This document shows, one piece after another, positions 9,377 to 18,400 of a stretch of 64,000 bases of DNA (position 1 is its first letter; each line of letters starts with the position of its first letter). The translations under genes were made by a program, and so were the position numbers. Source of the stretch: a bacterium (lineage in GTDB: Bacteria; UBA8248); NCBI GenBank assembly GCA_965242545.1, contig OZ251456.1, positions 2,947,093 through 3,011,092 on the forward strand. The letters are read 5' to 3'. Under the pieces are notes generated by a model. That model did not search any database, was not told the origin of the DNA, and worked only from the letters and a program-made list of their open reading frames with translations.

Positions 9377-9646
9377 TCACTCGAAGTCCTTCGGCTTCAC
9401 GTTCTCGAAATCATAGTCCGGGAAATCCGGGGCGGGCGGCGAATCGGCGTCCTCCTCCCGCACGGGAGAGCGCCTCGCGCGCGCGGCGCGAAGCCGGGAA
9501 AACAGAATCCAGGCGCCATACAGCAGGCCCGCGGCCACGACGAGGCGAAAGGCGCCCGCGAAATCCCGATGGTAGAAATAATAGGCGATTCCGAGCCAGA
9601 GGAAAAATCCGGCAAACGCGCCGAAAACCGAGCGACCGCCTTCCAT
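9377..9646 (-). CDS. Small membrane protein (two predicted transmembrane helices)
   Basis: Hydrophobic segments 'FGAFAGFFLWLGIAYYFY' and 'VVAAGLLYGAWILF'. Sits between the bactofilin and nitrilase genes on the same strand. Confidence 0.4.
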   Translation of the reverse strand: MEGGRSVFGAFAGFFLWLGIAYYFYHRDFAGAFRLVVAAGLLYGAWILFSRLRAARARRSPVREEDADSPPAPDFPDYDFENVKPKDFE

Positions 9647-9704
9647 CGCGATGTCCGCCTCTTCTCGGGCGTCCGGCCTCTCCGTCTCGCGCGCGCCCGG
9701 CCCT

Positions 9705-10145
9705 TCAGGACGCCCGCCCCGCCGGTTCGCCCTCCCGCGCGCTCTCCGCCGTCGCCTCGGGCGCCTCTTCCGCCTCCCCCGATTCGTCCGATTCGCCCGA
9801 CTCCTCCGACTCGCCCATCATGCGGCAGGCGCCCTCGAACACCGCGCCGTCCTCGATGTAGATGCTCCGCGTATGGATGTCGCCCCGCACGTGGGCGCCG
9901 ACCCGGACCTCGCATTTTTCCTTCGCCACGATTTTCCCCTCCACCCGGCCCATCACGATGACGACGCCGGCCGCGATGCGCGCCGTCACCCGCGCCGCCG
10001 GGCCGATGATGAAGGTGTCCTCCGTGACGACCTCCCCCTCCAGGACGCCGTCCACGCGCACGGTTCCCTCGAAAGAGATGACGCCCTTGAACTCCGTGCC
10101 CTCCCCCAGGAAGGCGCGAATGCTCTTTTCGTAGTTTTTCGCCAT
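9705..10145 (-). CDS. Bactofilin (DUF583) family cytoskeletal protein
   Basis: Repetitive beta-helical bactofilin pattern with Gly/Val-rich repeats (GTEFKGVISFEGTVRVDGVLEGEV...), acidic C-terminal tail. Immediately downstream of parB. Confidence 0.75.
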   Translation of the reverse strand: MAKNYEKSIRAFLGEGTEFKGVISFEGTVRVDGVLEGEVVTEDTFIIGPAARVTARIAAGVVIVMGRVEGKIVAKEKCEVRVGAHVRGDIHTRSIYIEDGAVFEGACRMMGESEESGESDESGEAEEAPEATAESAREGEPAGRAS

Positions 10146-10187
10146 CCAAACGAACCCCCGCGTTGGCCCCAGGGGAGAAGCCCGGCG

Positions 10188-11111
10188 TCAGCAAAGCCGC
10201 TGGAGCAGCCCCTCGAGCGTCTCGGTCGAATAATACTCGATTTCAATCGCGCCCCTGTTCTCGTCGCCCAAAATCGCCACCTTCGTTCCCAGCGCGCTCC
10301 TGAGCCGATCCGCCGCCTCGCGGAGATGCAACGCCTGCGGCCCCGAGGGCCCGGCGCGGGGTTCGGCCCTCCCCGAAGCCGCCCTCTCCCGCCCCCCGCC
10401 CGCGAGCGCCTTGCGGACGCGCGTCTCGAGCTGGCGCACGGAGAGCCGCTTCCTGACGGCGGCCTCCCCGTGCCGCGCCGTCTCCTCCTCCGTCCGCAGC
10501 GCCAGGAGCGCCCTCGCGTGCCCCATGGAGAGCAGGCCGGCGGCCACGCTCTCCTGAACGGAGGCGGGCAGCCTCAGGAGCCGGACGTAGTTGGCGACGG
10601 TCGAGCGCTCCTTGCCCACGCGCGCGGCGACCTCCTCCTGCGTCAGGCCCAGACGATCCATCATGCTGGCGTAGGCGGCCGCCTCCTCCATTGGATTCAG
10701 GTCCGATCGCTGGACGTTCTCGACGATCGCCAGTTCGAGCGCCTCGTCCTCCCCGGCGTCCACCAGGATGACGGGAACCTCATCGACGGACGCCAAGCGG
10801 GCGGCGCGCCAGCGCCTCTCGCCCGCGACGATCTCGTATCCGCCGCCCGGGGCGCGCCGCGCCAGAATGGGCTGAATCACCCCGCGCCGGCCGACGGACG
10901 CGGCGAGCTCCGAGAGATCCTCCTCGTCGAAATCGACCCGGGGCTGATGAACGCCGGGCGAGAGGCTCTCCGGCGAGAGGCGCATCAGGACGCCCCCGGC
11001 GTCGGAGGCGGCGCCCGGGCGCGCGCCCGACATCGGGGGATCCCGCGGCTCTTCGGGGGACAGGAGCGCGTCCAGCCCCCTGCCGAGTCCTCTTTTTCTC
11101 GCGGTCGCCAT
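10188..11111 (-). CDS. parB: Chromosome partitioning protein ParB
   Basis: N-terminal 'GLGRGLDALL', ParB-box region and HTH 'LTQEEVAARVGKERSTVANYVRLLRLP'. Confidence 0.9.
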   Translation of the reverse strand: MATARKRGLGRGLDALLSPEEPRDPPMSGARPGAASDAGGVLMRLSPESLSPGVHQPRVDFDEEDLSELAASVGRRGVIQPILARRAPGGGYEIVAGERRWRAARLASVDEVPVILVDAGEDEALELAIVENVQRSDLNPMEEAAAYASMMDRLGLTQEEVAARVGKERSTVANYVRLLRLPASVQESVAAGLLSMGHARALLALRTEEETARHGEAAVRKRLSVRQLETRVRKALAGGGRERAASGRAEPRAGPSGPQALHLREAADRLRSALGTKVAILGDENRGAIEIEYYSTETLEGLLQRLC

Positions 11112-11113
11112 GC

Positions 11114-11953
11114 TCAGCCTCTCGTCCTCTCCTTCGAGCGCGCCAGAAACTCGCTCGCCAGGGAGAGATACGCCTGGGCGCCCGGCGAGGAGATGTCATA
11201 GGTTATCACGGGTTTTCCATGGCTCGGCGCCTCCGCCAGCCGCACGCTTCTCGGAATCACGACCCGATACGTCAACTCCGGCAGGTGGGACTTCAAATCC
11301 TCCTTCACCTGGCGCGAGAGGTTCGTTCTCGAATCATACATGGTCAGCAGGATTCCGCCCACCCTCAGGGCGGGATGAAAGCTTCGGCGCACCCGCTCGA
11401 CCGTCTTCATCAGCCGCGCCAGCCCCTCGAGCGCGAAGTATTCCGCCTGGATGGGTATCAGCGCCTCGTCCGCCGCCCGCAGGCCGTTCAGGGTGAGAAA
11501 GCCGAGAGAGGGGGGACAGTCGATGAAAATGTAGCGGAAGCGTCTCCGCATCGGATCGAGCGCGCGCCGCAGGCGGCTCTCCCGCTCCGGCAATTCCGCG
11601 AGCTCCACCTCCGCGCCCGCCAGGTCGATGGAGGAGGGGAGAACGCGAAGCCCTTCTATTTCCGTCTGAAGCAGGGATTCGTCCTTGACCGGCCCGCCCA
11701 GCACCAAGGCTCTGTAAAGCGCGGACGATTGCGAAAATAAAGCGAAATTACTCGTCGCGTTCGACTGCGGGTCGAGATCGACCAGCAGGGTCGGCTCGTT
11801 TGCCACGGCGAGACAGGCGGCCAGGTTCACGGCCGTCGTCGTCTTGCCGACGCCTCCCTTCTGGTTCACGACGGCCACCACCTTGCAGGCGCCTTCTCCC
11901 GCATCGGAGCGCGCGCCGCTCGCCGGGGTCGTTTCGCTAAGCGCCGTTTCCAT
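11114..11953 (-). CDS. parA: Chromosome partitioning ATPase ParA/Soj
   Basis: Deviant Walker A 'NQKGGVGKTTTAVNLA'. Only 2 bp separate its stop from the parB start. Confidence 0.9.
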   Translation of the reverse strand: METALSETTPASGARSDAGEGACKVVAVVNQKGGVGKTTTAVNLAACLAVANEPTLLVDLDPQSNATSNFALFSQSSALYRALVLGGPVKDESLLQTEIEGLRVLPSSIDLAGAEVELAELPERESRLRRALDPMRRRFRYIFIDCPPSLGFLTLNGLRAADEALIPIQAEYFALEGLARLMKTVERVRRSFHPALRVGGILLTMYDSRTNLSRQVKEDLKSHLPELTYRVVIPRSVRLAEAPSHGKPVITYDISSPGAQAYLSLASEFLARSKERTRG

Positions 11954-12176
11954 GTCCCGCTTCCAGGGCGAGGCAAAAGAAATCGCAAAAAAACCAAGCG
12001 ATCAAAGACTCTCACATCGTCGGGGGAAATTCAACAGACAAGTTCTACGCGAAACGAAATTCGCGGCGGCGATCCGCCTGACGCGCGTCAATCCCGACGG
12101 AAAACGGAGATTGCGGAATCCGGCGCTCCCGGTCGGCTCCCGATTCCGGCCTCCGCCGGAACGACGATGAAGCGAA

Positions 12177-12192
12177 TGTTCCACGTGGAACA
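12177..12192. promoter_or_regulatory. parS: parS centromere site 1 (TGTTCCACGTGGAACA, perfect 16-bp palindrome)
   Basis: Matches the parS consensus tGTTnCACGTGAAACA (15/16 positions). Located upstream of parA. Confidence 0.75.
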
Positions 12193-12242
12193 ATCAGGGC
12201 TCCCGATCCGACTCCGCCGACCGGATCCGTTGAGACGCGGAT

Positions 12243-12258
12243 TGTTTCACGTGGAACA
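12243..12258. promoter_or_regulatory. parS: parS centromere site 2 (TGTTTCACGTGGAACA)
   Basis: Second parS-like palindrome 66 bp from site 1; one position off perfect symmetry. Confidence 0.7.
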
Positions 12259-12311
12259 TCGGGGTTTTCGATCCGGTGATTCGGAAGGAGAAGCGGGCCG
12301 GGACGTTCCGG

Positions 12312-14240
12312 CTACCCACGATCCGGGGCCGGAAGGCGCGCCCCGCCCCCGGATTTTCCGCTTCGCTTTCGGAGGTGAATTTCCAGCACGGCGACGGCGG
12401 CGGGGGTCACGCCCGAAATGCGGCTCGCCTGCCCGAGCGTCCTCGGACGTATCTGCTCGAGCCGCTGCCGCGCCTCGGCGGTCAGGTGGCTCACGTCGGC
12501 GTAGGAGACGTCCTCGGGTATTTTCACCTTGTCCGCCATTCTCAGATGCGAGACCTGCCGATGCTCCCGCTCGAAATACTCCTTGTATTTTATTTCCGCC
12601 AGAACGTAGCGCCGCGATTCCTCCTCCAGCCCCTCCCAGATCTCCCGAAAGCGGCCCTCGCCCAGGGCGTCGATGCGCATCGCCAGCTCCGGCCCCGCCT
12701 CCGGCCTTCGGAGAATGTCGCCGAGGCTGGCCGGCTTCCTGAGCGCGCCCGAGCCCGCCGCCTCCATGACGGCGCGCGCCTCCGGCTTCGGCCGCGTCAC
12801 CGCGGACTCCGCGTAGCGGACGGCCTCCCGCGCCCGCTTCGCCCGCGCCCCGAAGGCGCGCCAGGTCGCCTCGTCCAGGGAGCCGATTCGGCGACCCAGC
12901 GCCATCAGGCGGAAATCCGCGTTGTCGTGCCGGAGCCGGAGCCTGTGCTCCGCGCGGCTGGTGAACATCCGGTAGGGCTCGGTCGTTCCCTTGGTGACGA
13001 GATCGTCTATCAGGACGCCGATATACGCCTCTTCCCGACCGAGGACGACGGGCGCCTCCCCGCCCGCGCGCCGCGCGGCGTTGACGCCCGCCATGATCCC
13101 CTGCGCCGCCGCCTCCTCGTAGCCGGTCGTCCCGTTCATCTGGCCGGCGTGAAAAAGCCCGGGCGTTCTCTTCGTCATCAGGCTCGCGTCGAGCTCGGTC
13201 GGCTCCACGTAGTCGTATTCCACGGCGTAGCCGGGGCGCATCATCTCGGCGCGCTCCAGGCCCTCTATCGTCCTCAGCATCCGGCGCTGCACGTCCACCG
13301 GCAGGCTGGTGGAAAGCCCGTTCACGTAAATCTCGCGGGTCTCGCGCCCCTCCGGCTCCAGGAATATCTGGTGCTCCCGCTTGCCCTCGAACCGCATGAT
13401 CTTGTCCTCGATGCTCGGGCAGTAGCGGACGCCCACGGCGTCTATCTGGCCGTTGTACATCGGGGCGCGGTCGATGTTCTCGCGGATGATCCCGTGCGTC
13501 CCCGGGTTCGTCCAGGTGATCCAGCAGGGCGTCTGCTCCCGGTTGATGGCGGGCGTCCGGTAGGAGAACGGGAGCGGGGGGTCGTCTCCGGGCTGAAGGG
13601 CGAGGCGGTCGAAATCGACCGACCTCGCGTCTATCCTGGGGGGCGTCCCCGTCTTCATCCGCCCGAGGGAGAAGCCGAGGGAGAGGAGCTGCGCGGTCAG
13701 CTCGTTCGCCGAACCCTCGCCGGCGCGCCCTCCCTCCACCTTCCGCGCCCCGTAGTGAAGAAGGCCGCGCGTGAAGGTTCCCGGCGTGAGAACGAGCGCC
13801 CCGCATTCGTGTATTTCCCCGAAATGATCCTCGAGGCCCGCTATCGCTCCGCCCTTCACGAGAAGCCTTCGCGCCACGCCCTGCTTGAGGAGGAGGTTCT
13901 CCCGGCTCTCCACCGCGTTTTTCATGTAGGCGCGGTAGCGCTGCTTGTCCGCCTGGGCGCGCAGCGCCTGAACGGCGGGGCCCTTCTTCGTGTTGAGCAT
14001 CCGGAACTGGATGCCCGTGGCGTCGATGGCGCGCGCCATCTCGCCGCCGAGGGCGTCCACCTCGCGCACCAGCACGCCCTTGGCCAGCCCGCCGATGGCC
14101 GGATTGCACGACATGAGCCCCACGGTGTCGAGGTTCATGGTGAGCATCAGGGTTCGCGCGCCCAGGCGCGCGGCGGCGAGCGCCGCCTCGCAGCCGGCGT
14201 GTCCGCCGCCCACGACGATGACGTCATGACGAGAAGCCAA
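12312..14240 (-). CDS. mnmG: tRNA uridine 5-carboxymethylaminomethyl modification enzyme MnmG (GidA)
   Basis: FAD-binding N-terminus '[22 protein letters not shown]', ~640 aa, conserved throughout. Confidence 0.9.
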   Translation of the reverse strand: MASRHDVIVVGGGHAGCEAALAAARLGARTLMLTMNLDTVGLMSCNPAIGGLAKGVLVREVDALGGEMARAIDATGIQFRMLNTKKGPAVQALRAQADKQRYRAYMKNAVESRENLLLKQGVARRLLVKGGAIAGLEDHFGEIHECGALVLTPGTFTRGLLHYGARKVEGGRAGEGSANELTAQLLSLGFSLGRMKTGTPPRIDARSVDFDRLALQPGDDPPLPFSYRTPAINREQTPCWITWTNPGTHGIIRENIDRAPMYNGQIDAVGVRYCPSIEDKIMRFEGKREHQIFLEPEGRETREIYVNGLSTSLPVDVQRRMLRTIEGLERAEMMRPGYAVEYDYVEPTELDASLMTKRTPGLFHAGQMNGTTGYEEAAAQGIMAGVNAARRAGGEAPVVLGREEAYIGVLIDDLVTKGTTEPYRMFTSRAEHRLRLRHDNADFRLMALGRRIGSLDEATWRAFGARAKRAREAVRYAESAVTRPKPEARAVMEAAGSGALRKPASLGDILRRPEAGPELAMRIDALGEGRFREIWEGLEEESRRYVLAEIKYKEYFEREHRQVSHLRMADKVKIPEDVSYADVSHLTAEARQRLEQIRPRTLGQASRISGVTPAAVAVLEIHLRKRSGKSGGGARLPAPDRG

Positions 14241-14273
14241 GCCCGAAGCCTCCCCTCCCGTTCGTCCGCTTCG

Positions 14274-15701
14274 CTACTTTCCGATGCAGAACGTGGAAAA
14301 AATCCTGTCGAGCAGCGCCTGCCCGTAGTCCTTCCCCAGAAGTCCGGAGAGGGCGGCCTGCGCCTCGTTCAGATGAACCGCCACCAGCTCCGGGGAGAGC
14401 GCCTCCCCGGCGCCCGCCCCGGCGCGCCTCACCGCCTCGAGGCATCTCGAGATTTCGCCGTGGTGCCGCTCGCGCGTGAGGATCGCCTCGGCGCCCGGGA
14501 GCTCCTCGTCCGTCAGGGCGCGCGCCATCGCCTCGCGCAGCGCGGGCAGCCCCTCGCCCGTCAGGGCGGAAACGAAAAGCGGGGCGGGAGCGTCCGGCGC
14601 CGCCTCGCGCAGAAAAGCGCGCGCCCTCTCTTTCTCCTCGCGGGAAATTTTATCCAACTTGTTGAATATAAACATGTTATGACATTTCAAAGCGCGCGCC
14701 TCCCGCGCGGCCCAGGCCGCCTCCCCGTCCCCTTTCGCGGCGTCCATCACCATGAGGCACAGGTCGGCCTCCCCGGCCGCGCGGCGCGCCCGTCCGGCGC
14801 CCTCGAGCTCGACCGGATCCCCGGTCGCCCTCAGCCCCGCCGTGTCGATGAGCCGCGCCGGCGCGCCTCCCAGGTCGCAAACCTCCTCCACCGTGTCCCG
14901 CGTGGTGCCCGGAATCTCGCTCGTGATGGCGCGATCTGCGCCCAGCAGCTCGTTCAGGAGGGTGGATTTTCCGGCGTTGGGCCTTCCGAGGATGACCGCC
15001 CGCGCCCCCTCCCGGAGAATTCTGCCGGAGCGGTAGCTCGCCAGAAGCCTTTCGAGCGACGCCCCGACCTCCGCGAACAGGCGCGCGAGCGCGGCGCTCC
15101 CCATGGGCGCGCCCGACGCCGAGGGGCCCGCGCCCGGCTCGAACTCCTCGGGAAAATCAATCGCCGCCTCCACGTGCGCGCCCGCCTCCACGATTTTCTC
15201 CCAGATCTCCTCCAGCAGGGAGGAAAGGCGCCCGTCCAGGTGACGGAGAGCGGCCTTCGCCGCCTTTTGCGTCTGCGCCGCCACCAGGTCGGCCACGGCC
15301 TCCGCCTGAAGCAGGTCGATCTTCCCCTCCAGGAAGGCGCGCCGGGTGAACTCGCCCGGCCGCGCGGGCCGGGCGCCCGCCTCCCGGGCGAGGCGCAGGA
15401 CGGCTTCCACGATGGCCGGGCCGCCGTGGCAGTACATCTCGACCACGTCCTCGCCGGTGGTCGAGCGGGGGCCGGGGTGATAGATCGCCACGCCCTCGTC
15501 GAAGGCCTCCCCGTCCTCCACGAAGCGCCCCAGCGCGGGGCGCCGCTCCGGGAAGGCGTCCCCTTTCCTCCGGGGCGCGAAAATCCGCGTCAGAATCGGG
15601 AGCGCCCTCTCACCGCTCAAGCGGACGATGGCGATGGCCCCGCGACCGGGCGCCGTGGAGAGCGCGACGATTGTCTCCCTTCCGCCTCCGGGGCCGCCCA
15701 T
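14274..15701 (-). CDS. mnmE: tRNA modification GTPase MnmE (TrmE)
   Basis: G-domain 'GRPNAGKSTLLN', 'TTRD', and C-terminal 'CIGK'. Start set at 'MGGPGGGRETIVALSTAPG' (15699-15701). The track ORF extends a further 57 codons into the repeat region. Confidence 0.85.
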   Translation of the reverse strand: MGGPGGGRETIVALSTAPGRGAIAIVRLSGERALPILTRIFAPRRKGDAFPERRPALGRFVEDGEAFDEGVAIYHPGPRSTTGEDVVEMYCHGGPAIVEAVLRLAREAGARPARPGEFTRRAFLEGKIDLLQAEAVADLVAAQTQKAAKAALRHLDGRLSSLLEEIWEKIVEAGAHVEAAIDFPEEFEPGAGPSASGAPMGSAALARLFAEVGASLERLLASYRSGRILREGARAVILGRPNAGKSTLLNELLGADRAITSEIPGTTRDTVEEVCDLGGAPARLIDTAGLRATGDPVELEGAGRARRAAGEADLCLMVMDAAKGDGEAAWAAREARALKCHNMFIFNKLDKISREEKERARAFLREAAPDAPAPLFVSALTGEGLPALREAMARALTDEELPGAEAILTRERHHGEISRCLEAVRRAGAGAGEALSPELVAVHLNEAQAALSGLLGKDYGQALLDRIFSTFCIGK

Positions 15702-15809
15702 TCGCTCCGTCGTCCGCCCGCCGATGACCCGCGCGCGCCGAATCGGACGCGCGCGAACGAAAGAACCCTGCGCCCAAGCAAATGCCACACCCGAAGAAAA
15801 TAATCTAGC

Positions 15810-17100
15810 ACGCCGCACGGTTCGCGAACCGCCCGTCTTTTCCTTGATGGGATATGGCGCCCGTAGGGACAACCCCCTGTGGTTGTCCTTCGTTGATTAA
15901 ACCCCGGATTCCGGGCCGTCGGGATTGACGCCGTGAATGACGGTGGGCGGTTCACGAATTGTGGGGCGTCCCCGGGGAGGGGATGCCCCTGCAATCGAAC
16001 CGCCAAAACATCGAACGCCCGGAAACGGCGATCGCGAAACCGCAAAGGACAACCACAGGGGGTTGTCCCTACGGAACCGACGAAACCCGCATCACCCCGA
16101 ACGACGCGGGACGCATATATGCGTGGGAAGCGCCTCTCGGCGCGTCACCTACGCAAAACCGCCGCCCGCCTTTTCACCGCCGGGATATTCGCCCGTAGGG
16201 TCCCCTACAACGGAATATCGCCGCCATTTTCACCCTTCCACATTCGGCGCGGCCTGTGGTATGCTTCTCCCGCAGCCAACGCCGGGAGAGGGACGGACGA
16301 TGATCGGTTTCGACACGCTCAAGGCGATGGAATCGCTCCGGGAATCGGGTTTCGAGGAGACCCAGGCGCGCGCCGTCGTAGATACCTTCAAGGACGCCGT
16401 GGGCGGCAGCGTCGCCACGAAAATCGACCTGCAAGAGGCGAAAAGCGAACTCCAAGCTGAAATTCAGGAGGTCAAGGGCGAACTCCAGTCCGAAATTCAG
16501 GAGGTCAAGACCGAACTCCGGGTTGAAATTCAGGGAGTCAAATCCGAGCTCCAAGTTGAAATGCAGGCGCTAAGGGGCGACCTGGAAGCCTCCATCGCGC
16601 GGGTCGAGGCGCGGTCGCAGAAGTTCACGTTCGTCGTGGGGCTTGGCCTCGTGGGACTGAACGTCACCCTCACCTTCGGCCTCCTCAAATTCTTCTTCTC
16701 TCCCTGAAGAAAACTGACGCGAACCGCCCGCTTTTGGTCGCCGAACAAAACGGGACGCATATATGCGTCCCCTACGGGCCGGGGGCGGCGTCATCCGATT
16801 GTAGGGGGCGCATACATGCGCCCCGCACGTAGGGCTGGCGACGACGCGGCGCGTCTTTCGTTCGTCGGGACGCCCGGCGGCGCGATGGGTTTCGCAGGGG
16901 CGGTTCCTTTTCGGATCCGCCCCACGGTTCGCGAACCGCCCGTTGCGTATTTGTTCGTGCGCCGGATCGGATTATCGGCGACCCATGAACGGGACCCGTA
17001 GGGGGCGCATATATGCGCCCCGCCTACAGGTCGGCGATGACGCGGCGCGTCTTTCGTTCGTCGGGACAACACCCTGTGGCTGTCCGTTGCGGAATCGACA
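15810..17100. repeat. Non-coding tract dense in GC-rich palindromic (REP-like) repeats, at least three families
   Basis: Family P1: GGG(G/A)CGCATATATGCG(C/T)CCC, 20-bp perfect palindromes at ~16104, 16748, 16808, 17004, often extended by GTAGGG...CCTAC. Family P2: GGACAACCCCCTGTGGTTGTCC hairpin at ~15876, inverted copy at ~16049, variant at ~17071. Family P3: GGTTCGCGAACCGCCCG at ~15818, 16729, 16928. Also a GACGACGCGGCGCGTCTTTCGTTCGTCGGGAC block at 16840 and 17035. Confidence 0.6.
16300..16707 (+). CDS. DUF1640-like coiled-coil protein with C-terminal membrane anchor
   Basis: Tandem 11-residue repeats 'ELQAEIQEVKG/ELQSEIQEVKT/ELRVEIQGVKS/ELQVEMQALRG', then a transmembrane helix 'FTFVVGLGLVGLNVTLTFGLL'. 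GGAG ribosome-binding site before the ATG at 16300. The track ORF starts at 15937 inside the repeats. Confidence 0.5.
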   Translation: MIGFDTLKAMESLRESGFEETQARAVVDTFKDAVGGSVATKIDLQEAKSELQAEIQEVKGELQSEIQEVKTELRVEIQGVKSELQVEMQALRGDLEASIARVEARSQKFTFVVGLGLVGLNVTLTFGLLKFFFSP

Positions 17101-17376
17101 AAATCCGCGCATTTGCCCGCATTTGCGGTGTCCCGAAAAGAAGCGAAAAAGGTACGATTCGAGCTGAAACGCGCCCGATCCCCGATCAAAAAGGCGTCTT
17201 TTTCCGTCGAACCGAAAACCTTTCAATTCAAATACAATCGAGCGAATTCAAAACGAATTCAGGGCGTTTTCAAGCGAATTCACGCAGCTTTTGCGAACGC
17301 ATAACCGATTGATTCAAAACGAAAAACGCCGAAAGACGGGGAATTTCTTCTGAATAAGGCCCCGGTCGCGCCGCTT

Positions 17377-18396
17377 CTATGAGGCGCCCAGATGGTCGGC
17401 GAGACCGCGGAGCAGTGTCTCGCGCGAGACGGCGCCGACCACCTCGCCCCCGTCCACCACCCGCAACGGCGACTCGCTCGCCAGGGACTTCGGCACCATG
17501 TCCTGAAGAACGGTCCGGCTCGCGACGGCGGGCCCGCCCGCCGCGCCGTCCGGCGGCGTCATGATGGCGCCCGCCGTCACCACCCGACCCCGCCTGGCGT
17601 CCCGCGCGAACACGCGCACGTAGTCGGTGGCCGGGCTGAGCAGAATCTCCTCCGGCACGCCCACCTGGTGAACCACGCCGTCCTTCAGGATGGCGATGCG
17701 GTCGCCTATCTTGAGCGCCTCGTCAAGGTCGTGCGTGATGAACACGATGGTCTTCCTGAGGTCGCGCTGGAGCACGATGAGGTGCTCCTGCATCTGCTTG
17801 CGAATCAACGGATCGAGGGCGCTGAAAGGCTCGTCCATGAGCAGGATTTGCGGGTCCGTGCAAAGGGCGCGCGCCAGCCCCACGCGCTGCTGCATCCCCC
17901 CCGAGAGCTGCGCCGGGTAGGCGTCCTCGTAGCCGGCGAGCCCGACGTCCTCTATCCAGCGCATCGCCCGGCGGGCGCGCTCCTTGAGCGGCACGCCCTG
18001 CACGTCGAGGCCGTAGCCCGTGTTCTCCAGCACCGTCAGGTGAGGGAAGAGCGCGAAGCGCTGGAACACCATGCTCGTGGTCCCGCGGCGAAACGCGATG
18101 AGCTCCTCCTGGGAGAGCTGGAGGATGTCCCTGCCCTCGACCAGCACCTGGCCGGCGGTCGGGTCGATCAGCCGGTTGACGTGGCGGATGAGGGTCGATT
18201 TCCCGGAGCCGGAAAGCCCCATGACCACGAAAATCTCCCCGCTCTCGACGGAGAGGCTGACGTCCTTGAGACCGAGCGCGCAGCCCGTCCTGGCCAGCAG
18301 GTCATCCTTGCCGGCGCCCTCCCGCGCCAGGGCGAGGGCCTCCTCCGGGGCGTCCCCGAATATCTTGTAGACGCTTCGTATCTCGATCAGCGGCAT
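17377..18396 (-). CDS. proV: Glycine betaine/proline ABC transporter ATP-binding protein ProV
   Basis: Walker A 'GLSGSGKST', signature 'LSGGMQQRV', Walker B 'LLMDEPFSALD', C-terminal CBS-like extension. Confidence 0.9.
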   Translation of the reverse strand: MPLIEIRSVYKIFGDAPEEALALAREGAGKDDLLARTGCALGLKDVSLSVESGEIFVVMGLSGSGKSTLIRHVNRLIDPTAGQVLVEGRDILQLSQEELIAFRRGTTSMVFQRFALFPHLTVLENTGYGLDVQGVPLKERARRAMRWIEDVGLAGYEDAYPAQLSGGMQQRVGLARALCTDPQILLMDEPFSALDPLIRKQMQEHLIVLQRDLRKTIVFITHDLDEALKIGDRIAILKDGVVHQVGVPEEILLSPATDYVRVFARDARRGRVVTAGAIMTPPDGAAGGPAVASRTVLQDMVPKSLASESPLRVVDGGEVVGAVSRETLLRGLADHLGAS

Positions 18397-18400
18397 CGGC

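Noticed and set aside
12276-15803. 1175-aa ORF on the plus strand, plus 12247..14109 on the minus strand
   Set aside because: These are alternate-frame or antisense artefacts running through mnmG and mnmE, which high GC and low stop-codon frequency make inevitable. They have Arg/Gly/Pro-rich low-complexity composition and no motifs.
15860-17100. Possible CRISPR array, because short GC-rich repeats recur
   Set aside because: The copies belong to different families, are themselves palindromic, occur in both orientations and have irregular spacing (from ~40 to ~1000 bp). There is no direct-repeat/spacer periodicity and no cas genes nearby.
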